Shown here in pieces: positions 54,764 through 63,560 of a DNA stretch of 64,000 nucleotides (position 1 is its first letter; each line of letters begins with the position of its first letter). Source of the stretch: Chitinophagales bacterium (lineage in GTDB: Bacteria > Bacteroidota > Bacteroidia > Chitinophagales > CAIODY01). Location: NCBI GenBank assembly GCA_947452995.1, contig CANGEV010000007.1, forward strand, positions 1,143-65,142, in the 5' to 3' direction. The notes under the pieces were generated by a model. That model was not told where the DNA came from and ran no database searches. It was given only the letters and a program-made list of their open reading frames with translations. The position numbers were made by a program, and so were the translations under genes.

Positions 54764-56058
54764 TATTTAAAATCAATCAACTCTACTTCGAAAATCATTG
54801 GTGAGTTAGCCGGAATACTAGGACTAGGAGAGTTTTCTCCATAAGCCAAATTCGAAGGAATGTATAAAATTGCCTTAGCTCCTTTATTCAAATAAGAAAA
54901 CCCAAAATCCCAACCTTGAATGACATTGCCTTGCATGATGTTGAAAGAGAATGGTTCTACATGACCGAATTGTGGATCTACATTTGAGTCAAATTTCGTT
55001 CCATTTAATAACATTCCTGTATAGGATGCTGTTACTTGTTGGCCTGGTTTTGGAGTTTCACCAGCACCTGCTTTTAAAATACGATAATAGATTCCTTCTT
55101 TCGTTTTTACTGCATCAGTAATGTTGTTATCCTTGAAGTACTTCGTAAAAGCGTCTTCTTGGCCTTTGAAATCAACTAGTTCAACATCAAATACTAAAGT
55201 TGCAAATGCCGGAATTGAGCCTTGTCCACGTTCTCCATAGCCAAGAGATGATGGTACATAAATTGTTGCTTTTTCTCCTTTTTTAAGGATTGAAAATGCA
55301 ATATCCCAACCTTTGATAACACGTCCTTGGCCTAATGGAAAGGAGAAAGCTTGCACATGGTGGAACGCTGAGTCCACATTTGAATCAAACTTCTTGCCAT
55401 CTAAAAATTTACCGGTGTAATTAGCTGTTATGTTGTCGCCATTATGTGCTTTTTCACCAGTAGTTGCTTTTGTAATTACATAATAAATTCCTTCTGGCGA
55501 CTTAATCGCATTGATTTTGTTCGCCTTGAAATATGCTTGCAAAGCTGTTTCTTCGCCAGCTTTTTTCTTCTCAGCAGCAATTTTTGCTTCAGCATCAATT
55601 TTAGTCAACATTTCTGCAGTAAAGGTTTTGTAAATGATGGTCATATACTCTCCATTTTCAAATCCAGGATGTGCTTGACCTTTTGCAATTGAATCAATAT
55701 TCGCTTTAATGACAGAACTGTCACCAATTTTTAATTCATAAATAGCAGGCAAAATAAATGCATATGGACCAAATGTTTCGTTTGATAAAACGTAGTCACG
55801 CATAACGCCAAAATCTTGTGCTTTGCCGTCTTTCATTAACAAAATGATTTGCATGTTACATTTTGACCCTGCCGTTAAATTTGCAGCATCTTGTTTGTGA
55901 TTGGCCATTGCCTTTACAAACAATCCTTTTTTTACCGGAACAAATCCTGGAAATGTAGTTGGGGCATCAATTGGAGAAGCAACAATAGTTTCTTGTGCTT
56001 TACTGCATAAGGTTGTAGCTAGAATTAGAATAAGACTTAATAATGCAATTTTTTTCAT
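54763..56058 (-). CDS. FKBP-type peptidyl-prolyl cis-trans isomerase (two FKBP domains, lipoprotein)
   Basis: Two copies of Y-TG-x-L-x-G-x-KFDSN...G-x-VI-x-GWD...Y-(V/I)-PS-x-L-(G/A)-YG...(V/I)-F-(D/E)-VEL-(V/I)-DF. Lipobox TLCS. Confidence 0.85.
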   Translation of the reverse strand: MKKIALLSLILILATTLCSKAQETIVASPIDAPTTFPGFVPVKKGLFVKAMANHKQDAANLTAGSKCNMQIILLMKDGKAQDFGVMRDYVLSNETFGPYAFILPAIYELKIGDSSVIKANIDSIAKGQAHPGFENGEYMTIIYKTFTAEMLTKIDAEAKIAAEKKKAGEETALQAYFKANKINAIKSPEGIYYVITKATTGEKAHNGDNITANYTGKFLDGKKFDSNVDSAFHHVQAFSFPLGQGRVIKGWDIAFSILKKGEKATIYVPSSLGYGERGQGSIPAFATLVFDVELVDFKGQEDAFTKYFKDNNITDAVKTKEGIYYRILKAGAGETPKPGQQVTASYTGMLLNGTKFDSNVDPQFGHVEPFSFNIMQGNVIQGWDFGFSYLNKGAKAILYIPSNLAYGENSPSPSIPANSPMIFEVELIDFK

Positions 56059-56065
56059 GCTAATT

Positions 56066-56950
56066 TTATTTGGTTTGTAAATTTAATCTAATTAAACGTT
56101 CCTTCAAATTTTGTTTTAAAGGAATTGTCAATGCGTTGTTATAATCCGTAGTGAGTTTATCAGTTCTTCTTAAGCCTCCCGTATAAAATCGTTGAAATAA
56201 GGTATATCCTACTAAGATCCCTGTTGCATAATAACCTTTGTAAACACAAAATGCTGTAAAGCCTAAGGTGGTTAGATTTAGCCCAAAATTCACTAAGCCT
56301 TCTTCAAAATGCCCTAAGTACAATTGCCCGCTACCAGGAATTATAGCTGACAAGAGCGCGGCTTTTTTAGCTGATTTTAATTTTAATTGTCTGCCAACTT
56401 GTATCAATGAATCAATTTCATGCGTGTTTTGAGTAGTGAGCTTATATTTCTTTTTTATTGAGTTGAATGAATTTTCAACTGCAGAATAATCATCAAGCGA
56501 AAGATGAATTAAACACTTTAACAATTGGGCCGCAGTATCCTGTATCATGTGAATACTATCCGTTAGCTCATATTGCTGTATAATTGAAAGTGCATTATCT
56601 GATTCTTGATTTAAATAGGAACAGAGCGCTGCAGATTTGTAATAATGACTTAAATATTGTGGGGGAATCCCATAAATAGGTATTCTTGCAACTGTAGTAT
56701 TCGCCAATTTTAATTCGCCAATAGCTAACAAATGATCTATTTTGTTTAATAAATGAACATACTTTATTTCAGTAGTATCCAAATAAAAGGCATATTCATC
56801 CATTAATGGAGAAAAAGCCGTTTGATGGATTTGTGGCTCTAGTTTGGTTGAAATAATATTTAATTCAGTTTTACTGCTATCAACTTGCGTTATGCCTTTC
56901 AAAGGCAGACATAAGATGATAAAGCAAAACACCTTTGTAAAATGCTTCAT
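56066..56950 (-). CDS. Hypothetical protein: signal peptide, helical-repeat (TPR-like) domain, C-terminal membrane segment with IPGSGQLYLG motif
   Basis: 294 aa. Paralogue of the upstream gene. SAIIPGSGQLYLGHFEEGLVNFGL followed by 2 hydrophobic helices. Confidence 0.55.
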   Translation of the reverse strand: MKHFTKVFCFIILCLPLKGITQVDSSKTELNIISTKLEPQIHQTAFSPLMDEYAFYLDTTEIKYVHLLNKIDHLLAIGELKLANTTVARIPIYGIPPQYLSHYYKSAALCSYLNQESDNALSIIQQYELTDSIHMIQDTAAQLLKCLIHLSLDDYSAVENSFNSIKKKYKLTTQNTHEIDSLIQVGRQLKLKSAKKAALLSAIIPGSGQLYLGHFEEGLVNFGLNLTTLGFTAFCVYKGYYATGILVGYTLFQRFYTGGLRRTDKLTTDYNNALTIPLKQNLKERLIRLNLQTK

Positions 56951-57767
56951 TCTCCTTCTTTTTAATGTTTACACTGTAAACAGTACCGATTATATTTCCT
57001 GCATAGAATGCGCTAAATGCGGTGTATCCAAGAATGGCTGGCCAACTTGTCCATCCTTGCTTAATTGCCAATTCAACTGCAACACCTCCTAAGACGGTAT
57101 TAATAAATAAACTAGCAAAGGGTGTCCCAAAATAACCCGCATACCATTTGCCTGCCCCAGGTATAATTGCAGACATTGTGCCTGCAAGTAGTGCAGATTT
57201 GTGTGATGGATGCTCAATTCCATGAATAGATTTAATTACATCCTTTGCATCTTCAGGAGTTAATATTGGTAGGTTGTCTATTCGCGTTATGGAAGAGCCT
57301 GAAATTGTTTTTTTCTGACTAACTATAGTGTCATAAATGGTTAATAAAAAGATTAGATCTTCCCTTTTTTCGTTGGGTCCAAAGTTTAACAATGTGTTTA
57401 ATTTGGCCTTAACTATACTGTCTTTTTTTAATTTGATTGCAGCGATACTTTCAATAATCAAAACATTGAAATGAACTTCGCTACTATCGCGCTCCTGCCA
57501 ATTAATTTCATTCTTAATAATGCAATCGTATTTCTCCAAATGCAATGCGGCTAAGGAATAATAAAAGTTTAATTCTTTATTAGTGTTACCTTCTTTAACT
57601 GCATGTTGAGTTAAATTAAATAGGGATTCATACTCTCCATTCCTAATAAGGTGCTTATAAAATCCAACATTATTGACTATGCTAGAGTCGTTATCTGCAA
57701 AACATCTAGTTGATGCTAAAATAAAGAATACAATAATAAGCTTAACAATCCCTTCAACTCTTTTCAT
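56880..57767 (-). CDS. Hypothetical protein, paralogue of 56066-56950 (IPGAGKWYAG membrane motif)
   Basis: 295 aa with the same architecture. SAIIPGAGKWYAGYFGTPFASLFIN. Its 3' end overlaps the next gene by 71 nt, out of frame. Confidence 0.55.
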   Translation of the reverse strand: MKRVEGIVKLIIVFFILASTRCFADNDSSIVNNVGFYKHLIRNGEYESLFNLTQHAVKEGNTNKELNFYYSLAALHLEKYDCIIKNEINWQERDSSEVHFNVLIIESIAAIKLKKDSIVKAKLNTLLNFGPNEKREDLIFLLTIYDTIVSQKKTISGSSITRIDNLPILTPEDAKDVIKSIHGIEHPSHKSALLAGTMSAIIPGAGKWYAGYFGTPFASLFINTVLGGVAVELAIKQGWTSWPAILGYTAFSAFYAGNIIGTVYSVNIKKKENEAFYKGVLLYHLMSAFERHNAS

Positions 57768-58222
57768 TACTTAAATTGATAGTTTTCCAAAGGGTCAATT
57801 AAATGATTATCCCGAGTTAAATTCACAGGTGTTATGTCGTATTTTAAAAATTCATTACAACGCATAAGCCTGTCTGCGCTTAGTGCGATACCTTTGAAAA
57901 GACCATATCGTGCGATTGCCGCCTTGCTGAAATTAGAGCAAGATAATTCATACGGACATTCCGCTGCAAATTGGGCTGATAAAAATCGTTGGTATGTGTA
58001 CATTAAGCCAACAAACACTAAATGAACAGGATTATACTTCGCTAGTTTTTTAGTCGATTTACTCTTTAGAAAACTTACATGCTTTACCATTGGCTGATAC
58101 TCCTTTTCCGGCATTTGTGCACTTAGTATGTCCTGATAGTATTTAGTGCTTTGTGCATTTGAAACAAAGGAACTAGCACATACTAAAATTAAAATGACAA
58201 TAGTTTTTATTACAATTTTCAT
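57767..58222 (-). CDS. YidD-family (PF01809-like) protein with N-terminal signal peptide and extensions
   Basis: YTYQRFLSAQFAAECPYELSCSNFSKAAIARYGLFKGIALSADRLMRCN matches the YidD core YQ-x-x-S...C-x-(F/Y)-x-(P/L)-(S/T)-CS-x-(Y/F)...G-x-x-KG...R-(I/L)-x-RC. 151 aa versus about 80 for canonical YidD. Confidence 0.7.
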   Translation of the reverse strand: MKIVIKTIVILILVCASSFVSNAQSTKYYQDILSAQMPEKEYQPMVKHVSFLKSKSTKKLAKYNPVHLVFVGLMYTYQRFLSAQFAAECPYELSCSNFSKAAIARYGLFKGIALSADRLMRCNEFLKYDITPVNLTRDNHLIDPLENYQFK

Positions 58223-58224
58223 AC

Positions 58225-58956
58225 TTATTTCTTTTGACCTGTCTCAACCCTTTTTGCCGAACTAGGAATAATGAAATTTATATAAGTTTTATCGCAAGCC
58301 GAATTTGTTTTAAAATCTGAAAAGTTTCTCTGTGTAATGATTGAATCTGTTTTACTGCTGAATTCTATTTCTGTCATAGTACTTGGTAACATAACAGAAG
58401 CAACCTTTACATAGTTGTCGTAATAGATTTTTAGAGAAGTAAATTTCTTTTCATTAGTAAAACTCATATAAATTGGTAGGTTCTTCTCTTGCGCCAAAAT
58501 AATTTTTAGAATGCCTTTGCTTCGCTTTTCTACGGGAACCCAAGTGGTAACTAATATGCCGTCTTTGTCTTTTTTCGTCTCACTGATTTTGTATCCGTTT
58601 TGCTTTAGTCCTAAATCGCCCGTTGCACCGTAAATGAAGTTATAGAGAAAGCTGTTTTTGCTGCTTAACTCCATATTGTTGATAGATACATAATTGTTTT
58701 GCTTTGGATTATAAACTTTCATGTCGCCGTTCACATAATTGATAGCAACTTGCTCGATAGGTGTAATCGCATGTGTTACCATTGTTTGTTTTACAATATC
58801 AAAATATAGTGTAGAGTTTACTTTCACATATTGCTTGCCTTGTAAGGTTCTTGCAAGCATATTTACTTGTAAAAACTGTAAATTACCCTGCGGTATAAAG
58901 GCAAATAATGGGAGTAGGGTGCCCATTAACAATGCCACTAAATTCAATTTTCTCAT
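58225..58956 (-). CDS. Hypothetical secreted protein, possibly LolA-like/lipoprotein-sorting fold
   Basis: 243 aa, signal peptide, beta-rich composition. Fold assignment is a guess from size and pattern only. Confidence 0.4.
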   Translation of the reverse strand: MRKLNLVALLMGTLLPLFAFIPQGNLQFLQVNMLARTLQGKQYVKVNSTLYFDIVKQTMVTHAITPIEQVAINYVNGDMKVYNPKQNNYVSINNMELSSKNSFLYNFIYGATGDLGLKQNGYKISETKKDKDGILVTTWVPVEKRSKGILKIILAQEKNLPIYMSFTNEKKFTSLKIYYDNYVKVASVMLPSTMTEIEFSSKTDSIITQRNFSDFKTNSACDKTYINFIIPSSAKRVETGQKK

Positions 58957-59084
58957 TTTCTAAAAATACTATTTTTTGAGATTTTAGCCAATCTCAAATG
59001 ATGGGATTTAAATAATCAATTTGTAAATTATTGTTAATCAATAAGTATTGTTTCGGTAAAAATAATGACTTTCTCATTTTTTAC

Positions 59085-59115
59085 TTGATATCGGCCTTTA
59101 AATGTTGTATATTTG
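59085..59115 (+). promoter_or_regulatory. queA promoter: -33 TTG and -7 TATATTTG
   Basis: TTG at 59085-59087 and TATATTTG at 59108-59115 (20-nt spacer), followed by GCGTCCC as at the tRNA(CAU) promoter. Confidence 0.5.
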
Positions 59116-59149
59116 CGTCCCTAAAAAGAGGAGCAGTGCTCCATATACA

Positions 59150-60199
59150 ATGAAATTATCTTCTTTTACATTCGACCTACCACAAAACCTTATTGCGCAA
59201 TCTCCGGCTAAGAATCGTGAAGACGCCAAGTTAATGGTTGTGGATCGCCAAAAAGGCAAAATTTATCACAAAGAATTCAAAGACATCACTAGTTACTTTA
59301 ACGACAAAGACCTTATGGTGGTTAATAATACCAAGGTTTTTCCAGCCCGTATGTACGGCCGTAAAGAGAAAACAGGTGCTAAAATTGAAGTTTTCTTGCT
59401 TCGTGAATTGAATGGACCTCAAAAATTATGGGACGTATTAGTGGATCCTGCTCGTAAAATTCGCGTAGGTAACAAATTATACTTCGGAGATGATGGCTTT
59501 TTAGTAGCTGAAGTTGTAGATAATACTACATCGCGTGGTCGTACGATTCGTTTCCTTTGGGACGGTCCAGATGAAGAATTTAAAGCAATTTTGAAAAGCT
59601 TAGGTGAAACACCTCTTCCTAAATACATCAAACGTAAGCCTACGGATGATGATGCAGAACGTTATCAAACGGTTTTTGCAAAACATGAAGGTGCTGTAGC
59701 TGCTCCAACAGCGGGATTGCATTTCTCAAAAACTTTGATGAAGAAATTGGAAGTAAAAGGTGTTGACTTTGCAGAGGTAACCTTACACGTTGGACTAGGT
59801 ACTTTCAGATCTATTGAAGTAGAAGATTTGTCCAAACACAAAATGGATGCTGAATATGTAGAAGTGGATGCCAAGGCGGTAGAAATGGTAAACAAAGCAA
59901 AAGACAACAAATCTAAAATTTGTGCTATCGGAACAACCAGCGTGCGTGCTTTAGAATCCTCTGTAACAGCGCAAGGTTATTTGAAAGAATATAAAGGTTG
60001 GACCAATTTGTTTATTCATCCTCCTTATGATTTCAACATCCCGAATGCTATGGTGACTAACTTCCACTTGCCTAAAACAAGCTTGTTAATTATGGTTAGT
60101 GCATTCACTGGCTATGACTTATTAATGGAAGCGTATAATGAAGCAGTAAAACAAAAATATCGTTTCTATTCTTACGGAGACGCAATGTTAGTCTTATAA
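59150..60199 (+). CDS. queA: S-adenosylmethionine:tRNA ribosyltransferase-isomerase
   Basis: [57 protein letters not shown] at 59150 preferred over the upstream TTG. Confidence 0.95.
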   Translation: MKLSSFTFDLPQNLIAQSPAKNREDAKLMVVDRQKGKIYHKEFKDITSYFNDKDLMVVNNTKVFPARMYGRKEKTGAKIEVFLLRELNGPQKLWDVLVDPARKIRVGNKLYFGDDGFLVAEVVDNTTSRGRTIRFLWDGPDEEFKAILKSLGETPLPKYIKRKPTDDDAERYQTVFAKHEGAVAAPTAGLHFSKTLMKKLEVKGVDFAEVTLHVGLGTFRSIEVEDLSKHKMDAEYVEVDAKAVEMVNKAKDNKSKICAIGTTSVRALESSVTAQGYLKEYKGWTNLFIHPPYDFNIPNAMVTNFHLPKTSLLIMVSAFTGYDLLMEAYNEAVKQKYRFYSYGDAMLVL

Positions 60200-61090
60200 T
60201 TATTGGATTCTATCCATTCTCAAAAGCCGGAGTAGCTCATCAGCCTCTTCGGCTTTTTCTTTGTTATTACTTAGTTCAAAATCAGTTCTAAGTTGCTCTA
60301 ATGTCTCTTTTATGATTTCAATGTTAAACGCAGGATTGAAATACTTGTCTTGTGCATGCAATTTCATTCGTTGCAAGTAGTCGATAATTGCCGTTCGTTT
60401 AAAAATCTTACCACTATTGTAGGGATTGATATAAAATAAAATATCCTTTGAATTGATCATGCCCAAGTCAGCATTGAAAACGTAGGTGTCTATCATACAT
60501 AGCACAAAATACCGCTTTAAACACACGCCAAATATCGGCATACGGAGACGTTGAGCAATGACAAGGTACAATAGCCCTAAGCCCATACTATTGCCTTGTT
60601 TGTTCTTAAATACGCCACTAATAAGTGTTTGGTCGGGGGAGTGGGTATTGCCTTCTGCAATTGCCTTAAATTCATAATGCTTGTAAAAAACAATATTGAA
60701 AAGGGTAACCTGTTCTAATGGAGTGGATTCATCCCCAAATTCTAGCCAAATATCTCGCTTAATTTTTTCTAAACCTTCCTGAACATCTGTTAAATCTGCA
60801 TTCGGATAGAGCCATTTTTCTAAAATCAATAAGCCATCTAAAAGATGCTTATGATTGTTTATCTGCCATACCAATAATTCACTTTTGGTATGATTGAATT
60901 GTATATCATGTATAATCATTTCAATGCGCTCCCGCATTAAATTATCTTGACAATCTTCCCAGGACTTCTCCAAAGTGCTTACACATGCAGGTCCAATCTC
61001 TAAAAATCGATTATAAATCTCTTCATAGATACCTTCATCAGGATCGTCTAATAAAGTAATGAGCGCTTGAATCGTGTTCGGATGGAGCAC
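60200..61090 (-). CDS. Hypothetical protein, SirB1/transglutaminase-like (UPF0162)-like
   Basis: 296 aa, GTG start. GNSMGLGLLYLVIAQRLRMPIFGVCLKRYFVL resembles the G-x-x-(I/L)-(S/G)-L...LY...A-x-RL-x-(L/M)-P core of SirB1-type proteins. Confidence 0.45.
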   Translation of the reverse strand: MLHPNTIQALITLLDDPDEGIYEEIYNRFLEIGPACVSTLEKSWEDCQDNLMRERIEMIIHDIQFNHTKSELLVWQINNHKHLLDGLLILEKWLYPNADLTDVQEGLEKIKRDIWLEFGDESTPLEQVTLFNIVFYKHYEFKAIAEGNTHSPDQTLISGVFKNKQGNSMGLGLLYLVIAQRLRMPIFGVCLKRYFVLCMIDTYVFNADLGMINSKDILFYINPYNSGKIFKRTAIIDYLQRMKLHAQDKYFNPAFNIEIIKETLEQLRTDFELSNNKEKAEEADELLRLLRMDRIQ

Positions 61091-61098
61091 GTAACTAT

Positions 61099-63441
61099 TT
61101 ATTTTTTTGATTTACCTTTTGCGGCACCCCAACGGCTTTTCTTTTCAGGAGCTGCATCTGCCAACTTCTGCACCTCTTCAAGCGTCAGTTTATTGATGTC
61201 CGCATCTTTAGGTAATTTTACATTTTTCTTACCTGCCTTAATATAAGGTCCCCAACGACCAACTACGATACTAATATCAGTACCTTCGAAAGTTCGGAGA
61301 ACACTATTGCGCTTTTCTTCTATTACAGCAATAGCTTCGTCCATACTTATGGTCATTGGATCAACACCTTTTTTTAAACTGTAATATTTTTTGTCATGCA
61401 ATACGTATGGTCCAAAACGACCTTCTCCGATAATTAAGTCTATACCTTCAAATTCTCCTAAATGACGAGGTAGGTCGAAAAGACTTAACGCATCTGTCAA
61501 GCTTATACTGGATAAACTTTGATTTGGCTTCAATTTAGCGTATTTCGGCTTATCACCTCCTTCCACTTGTTCTCCTATTTGAACCATTGGTCCAAAACGC
61601 CCCATTCTTACTATTACGCGTAATCCACTTTTAGGGTCAACACCGAGTTCTCTCTCTCCGCTTACTCGTTCTGCATTCTCAATAGTATGTTCGATAGAAT
61701 GTTTGAAAGGAGCGTAGAATTCTTTTAGCATGTCATTCCACTTCAATTGGCCATTCGCAATATCATCAAACTCTTGCTCAATGCGTGCTGTGAATGAATA
61801 GTCGAGAATATTTTCAAAATTTTGAACTAAGAAATCACACGTCAATATCCCAAGATCAGTTGGTGCTAATTTGTTTTTATCAGCTCCCGTTGTTTCTGTT
61901 TTTATTATTTGCGATACTTTTTGTTTTGCATCTAATTTAACAATCGTGTATTCTCTTTGAACGCCTTCTCTTACAGGTTTTTCAACATAACCTCTTTGTT
62001 GAATGGTATTAATGGTAGGTGCATAGGTAGATGGTCGTCCAATTCCTAGCTCTTCTAATTTTTTTACCAAACTTGCTTCTGTGTATCTTGCAGAAGGGGC
62101 TGTAAAACGTTGTGTGGCTGTAAGCTCCTTTAAATCGACGATTTGACCATTCAATAAAGGAGGTAAAATTGCGCTGTCATTATCGGTATCTTCTTCGTTA
62201 TTATCTTCATCCACACTTTCAGTATACACTTTTAAGAATCCTTCAAAACGAATTACTTCTCCCTTTGCAATCAATGATTGCTTATTAGTTGAAATTTCAA
62301 TTTCTGCAGTAGTACGTTCTAGTTCAGCATCTGCCATTTGGCTAGCCATCGTACGACGCCAAATCAATTGATAAAGCCTTAATTGGTCATCATCAACTTT
62401 GATATCTATTTTATCCATAAAGGTCGGACGAATTGCTTCGTGCGCCTCTTGTGCATTCGCAGTTTTTGATTTATACGTACGACGTTGGTGATACTGACTA
62501 CCATATAAATTGGCAATCTGTCCACCTACTTGTTGCATCGCCTGTTCAGATAAGTTTACACTATCCGTACGCATATAGGTGATGTGTCCCGCTTCGTAAA
62601 GACGTTGTGCCAACATCATGGTGCGGCTCACATTCATATAAAGCTTACGACTTGCTTCTTGTTGTAAGGTTGAAGTGGTGAAAGGTGCAGCAGGTGTGCG
62701 TTTGCCAGGTTTTACTTCAATGTTTTTAACTGTATATTTAGCGCCCACACAACTTTGTACAAAAGCTTCTGCATCTTGTAAGTTTTCATGCTTTTTCGAA
62801 AGCTCCGCTTTAAATGCTACAGGCTTGCCATCTCTTTCAGCCATCAAGTAAGCAACTACTTTGAAGTAACTCTTACTTTGGTGAGCGATAATGTCTTTTT
62901 CTTTTTCTACTATCAAACGTACTGCAACCGACTGAACACGACCAGCACTTAAGCCTCTACCTCCGTTTAGTTTTCGCCATAAAATAGGGGATAATTCGAA
63001 TCCTACTATACGATCTAAGACGCGTCTTGCTTGTTGCGCAGCCACTAAATCCATATCTATTTTACGAGGATTATTAACTGCTTCTTGAATTGCTGATTTC
63101 GTAATCTCGTGAAAAACAATTCTTTTTGCTTCAAGAGGTTTTAATCCAAGCGCTTCACACAAATGCCATGAAATAGCTTCTCCTTCTCGGTCCTCATCCG
63201 TTGCGAGCCAAACTTCATTGGCCTTTTTAGCAAGTTTTTTTAATTCTTTTACTACGTCTTCTTTATCTTCTGATATGATATAAGTTGGTTCAAATCCATT
63301 TTGGACATCAATCGCTTTATTGCCCTTCGCTAAGTCGCGAATGTGCCCCTTACTAGAGACTACAGTGAATTCACCTCCCAAATATTTTTCAATAGTCTTG
63401 GCTTTCGCAGGCGACTCAACAATCATCAAATTATTAGCCAT
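61099..63441 (-). CDS. topA: DNA topoisomerase I
   Basis: MIVESPAKAKTIEKYLG Toprim start, ITYMRTDS active-site Tyr block, Lys-rich C-terminus. 780 aa. Confidence 0.95.
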   Translation of the reverse strand: MANNLMIVESPAKAKTIEKYLGGEFTVVSSKGHIRDLAKGNKAIDVQNGFEPTYIISEDKEDVVKELKKLAKKANEVWLATDEDREGEAISWHLCEALGLKPLEAKRIVFHEITKSAIQEAVNNPRKIDMDLVAAQQARRVLDRIVGFELSPILWRKLNGGRGLSAGRVQSVAVRLIVEKEKDIIAHQSKSYFKVVAYLMAERDGKPVAFKAELSKKHENLQDAEAFVQSCVGAKYTVKNIEVKPGKRTPAAPFTTSTLQQEASRKLYMNVSRTMMLAQRLYEAGHITYMRTDSVNLSEQAMQQVGGQIANLYGSQYHQRRTYKSKTANAQEAHEAIRPTFMDKIDIKVDDDQLRLYQLIWRRTMASQMADAELERTTAEIEISTNKQSLIAKGEVIRFEGFLKVYTESVDEDNNEEDTDNDSAILPPLLNGQIVDLKELTATQRFTAPSARYTEASLVKKLEELGIGRPSTYAPTINTIQQRGYVEKPVREGVQREYTIVKLDAKQKVSQIIKTETTGADKNKLAPTDLGILTCDFLVQNFENILDYSFTARIEQEFDDIANGQLKWNDMLKEFYAPFKHSIEHTIENAERVSGERELGVDPKSGLRVIVRMGRFGPMVQIGEQVEGGDKPKYAKLKPNQSLSSISLTDALSLFDLPRHLGEFEGIDLIIGEGRFGPYVLHDKKYYSLKKGVDPMTISMDEAIAVIEEKRNSVLRTFEGTDISIVVGRWGPYIKAGKKNVKLPKDADINKLTLEEVQKLADAAPEKKSRWGAAKGKSKK

Positions 63442-63526
63442 ATATTAGAATAGAACGATTTTTACGGGTTAATTAATCGGTGAAGTTTCACCACTTTTCT
63501 TCTCAAATTCCTGCTTTCCGAATGGG

Positions 63527-63534
63527 CAAATATA
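63527..63534 (-). promoter_or_regulatory. Candidate -7 box TATATTTG (minus strand) upstream of topA
   Basis: Plus-strand CAAATATA, 86 nt upstream of the ATG (63441). No -33 seen. Confidence 0.25.
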
Positions 63535-63560
63535 CTTTCTTTATTTAAAAATGAAAATTA

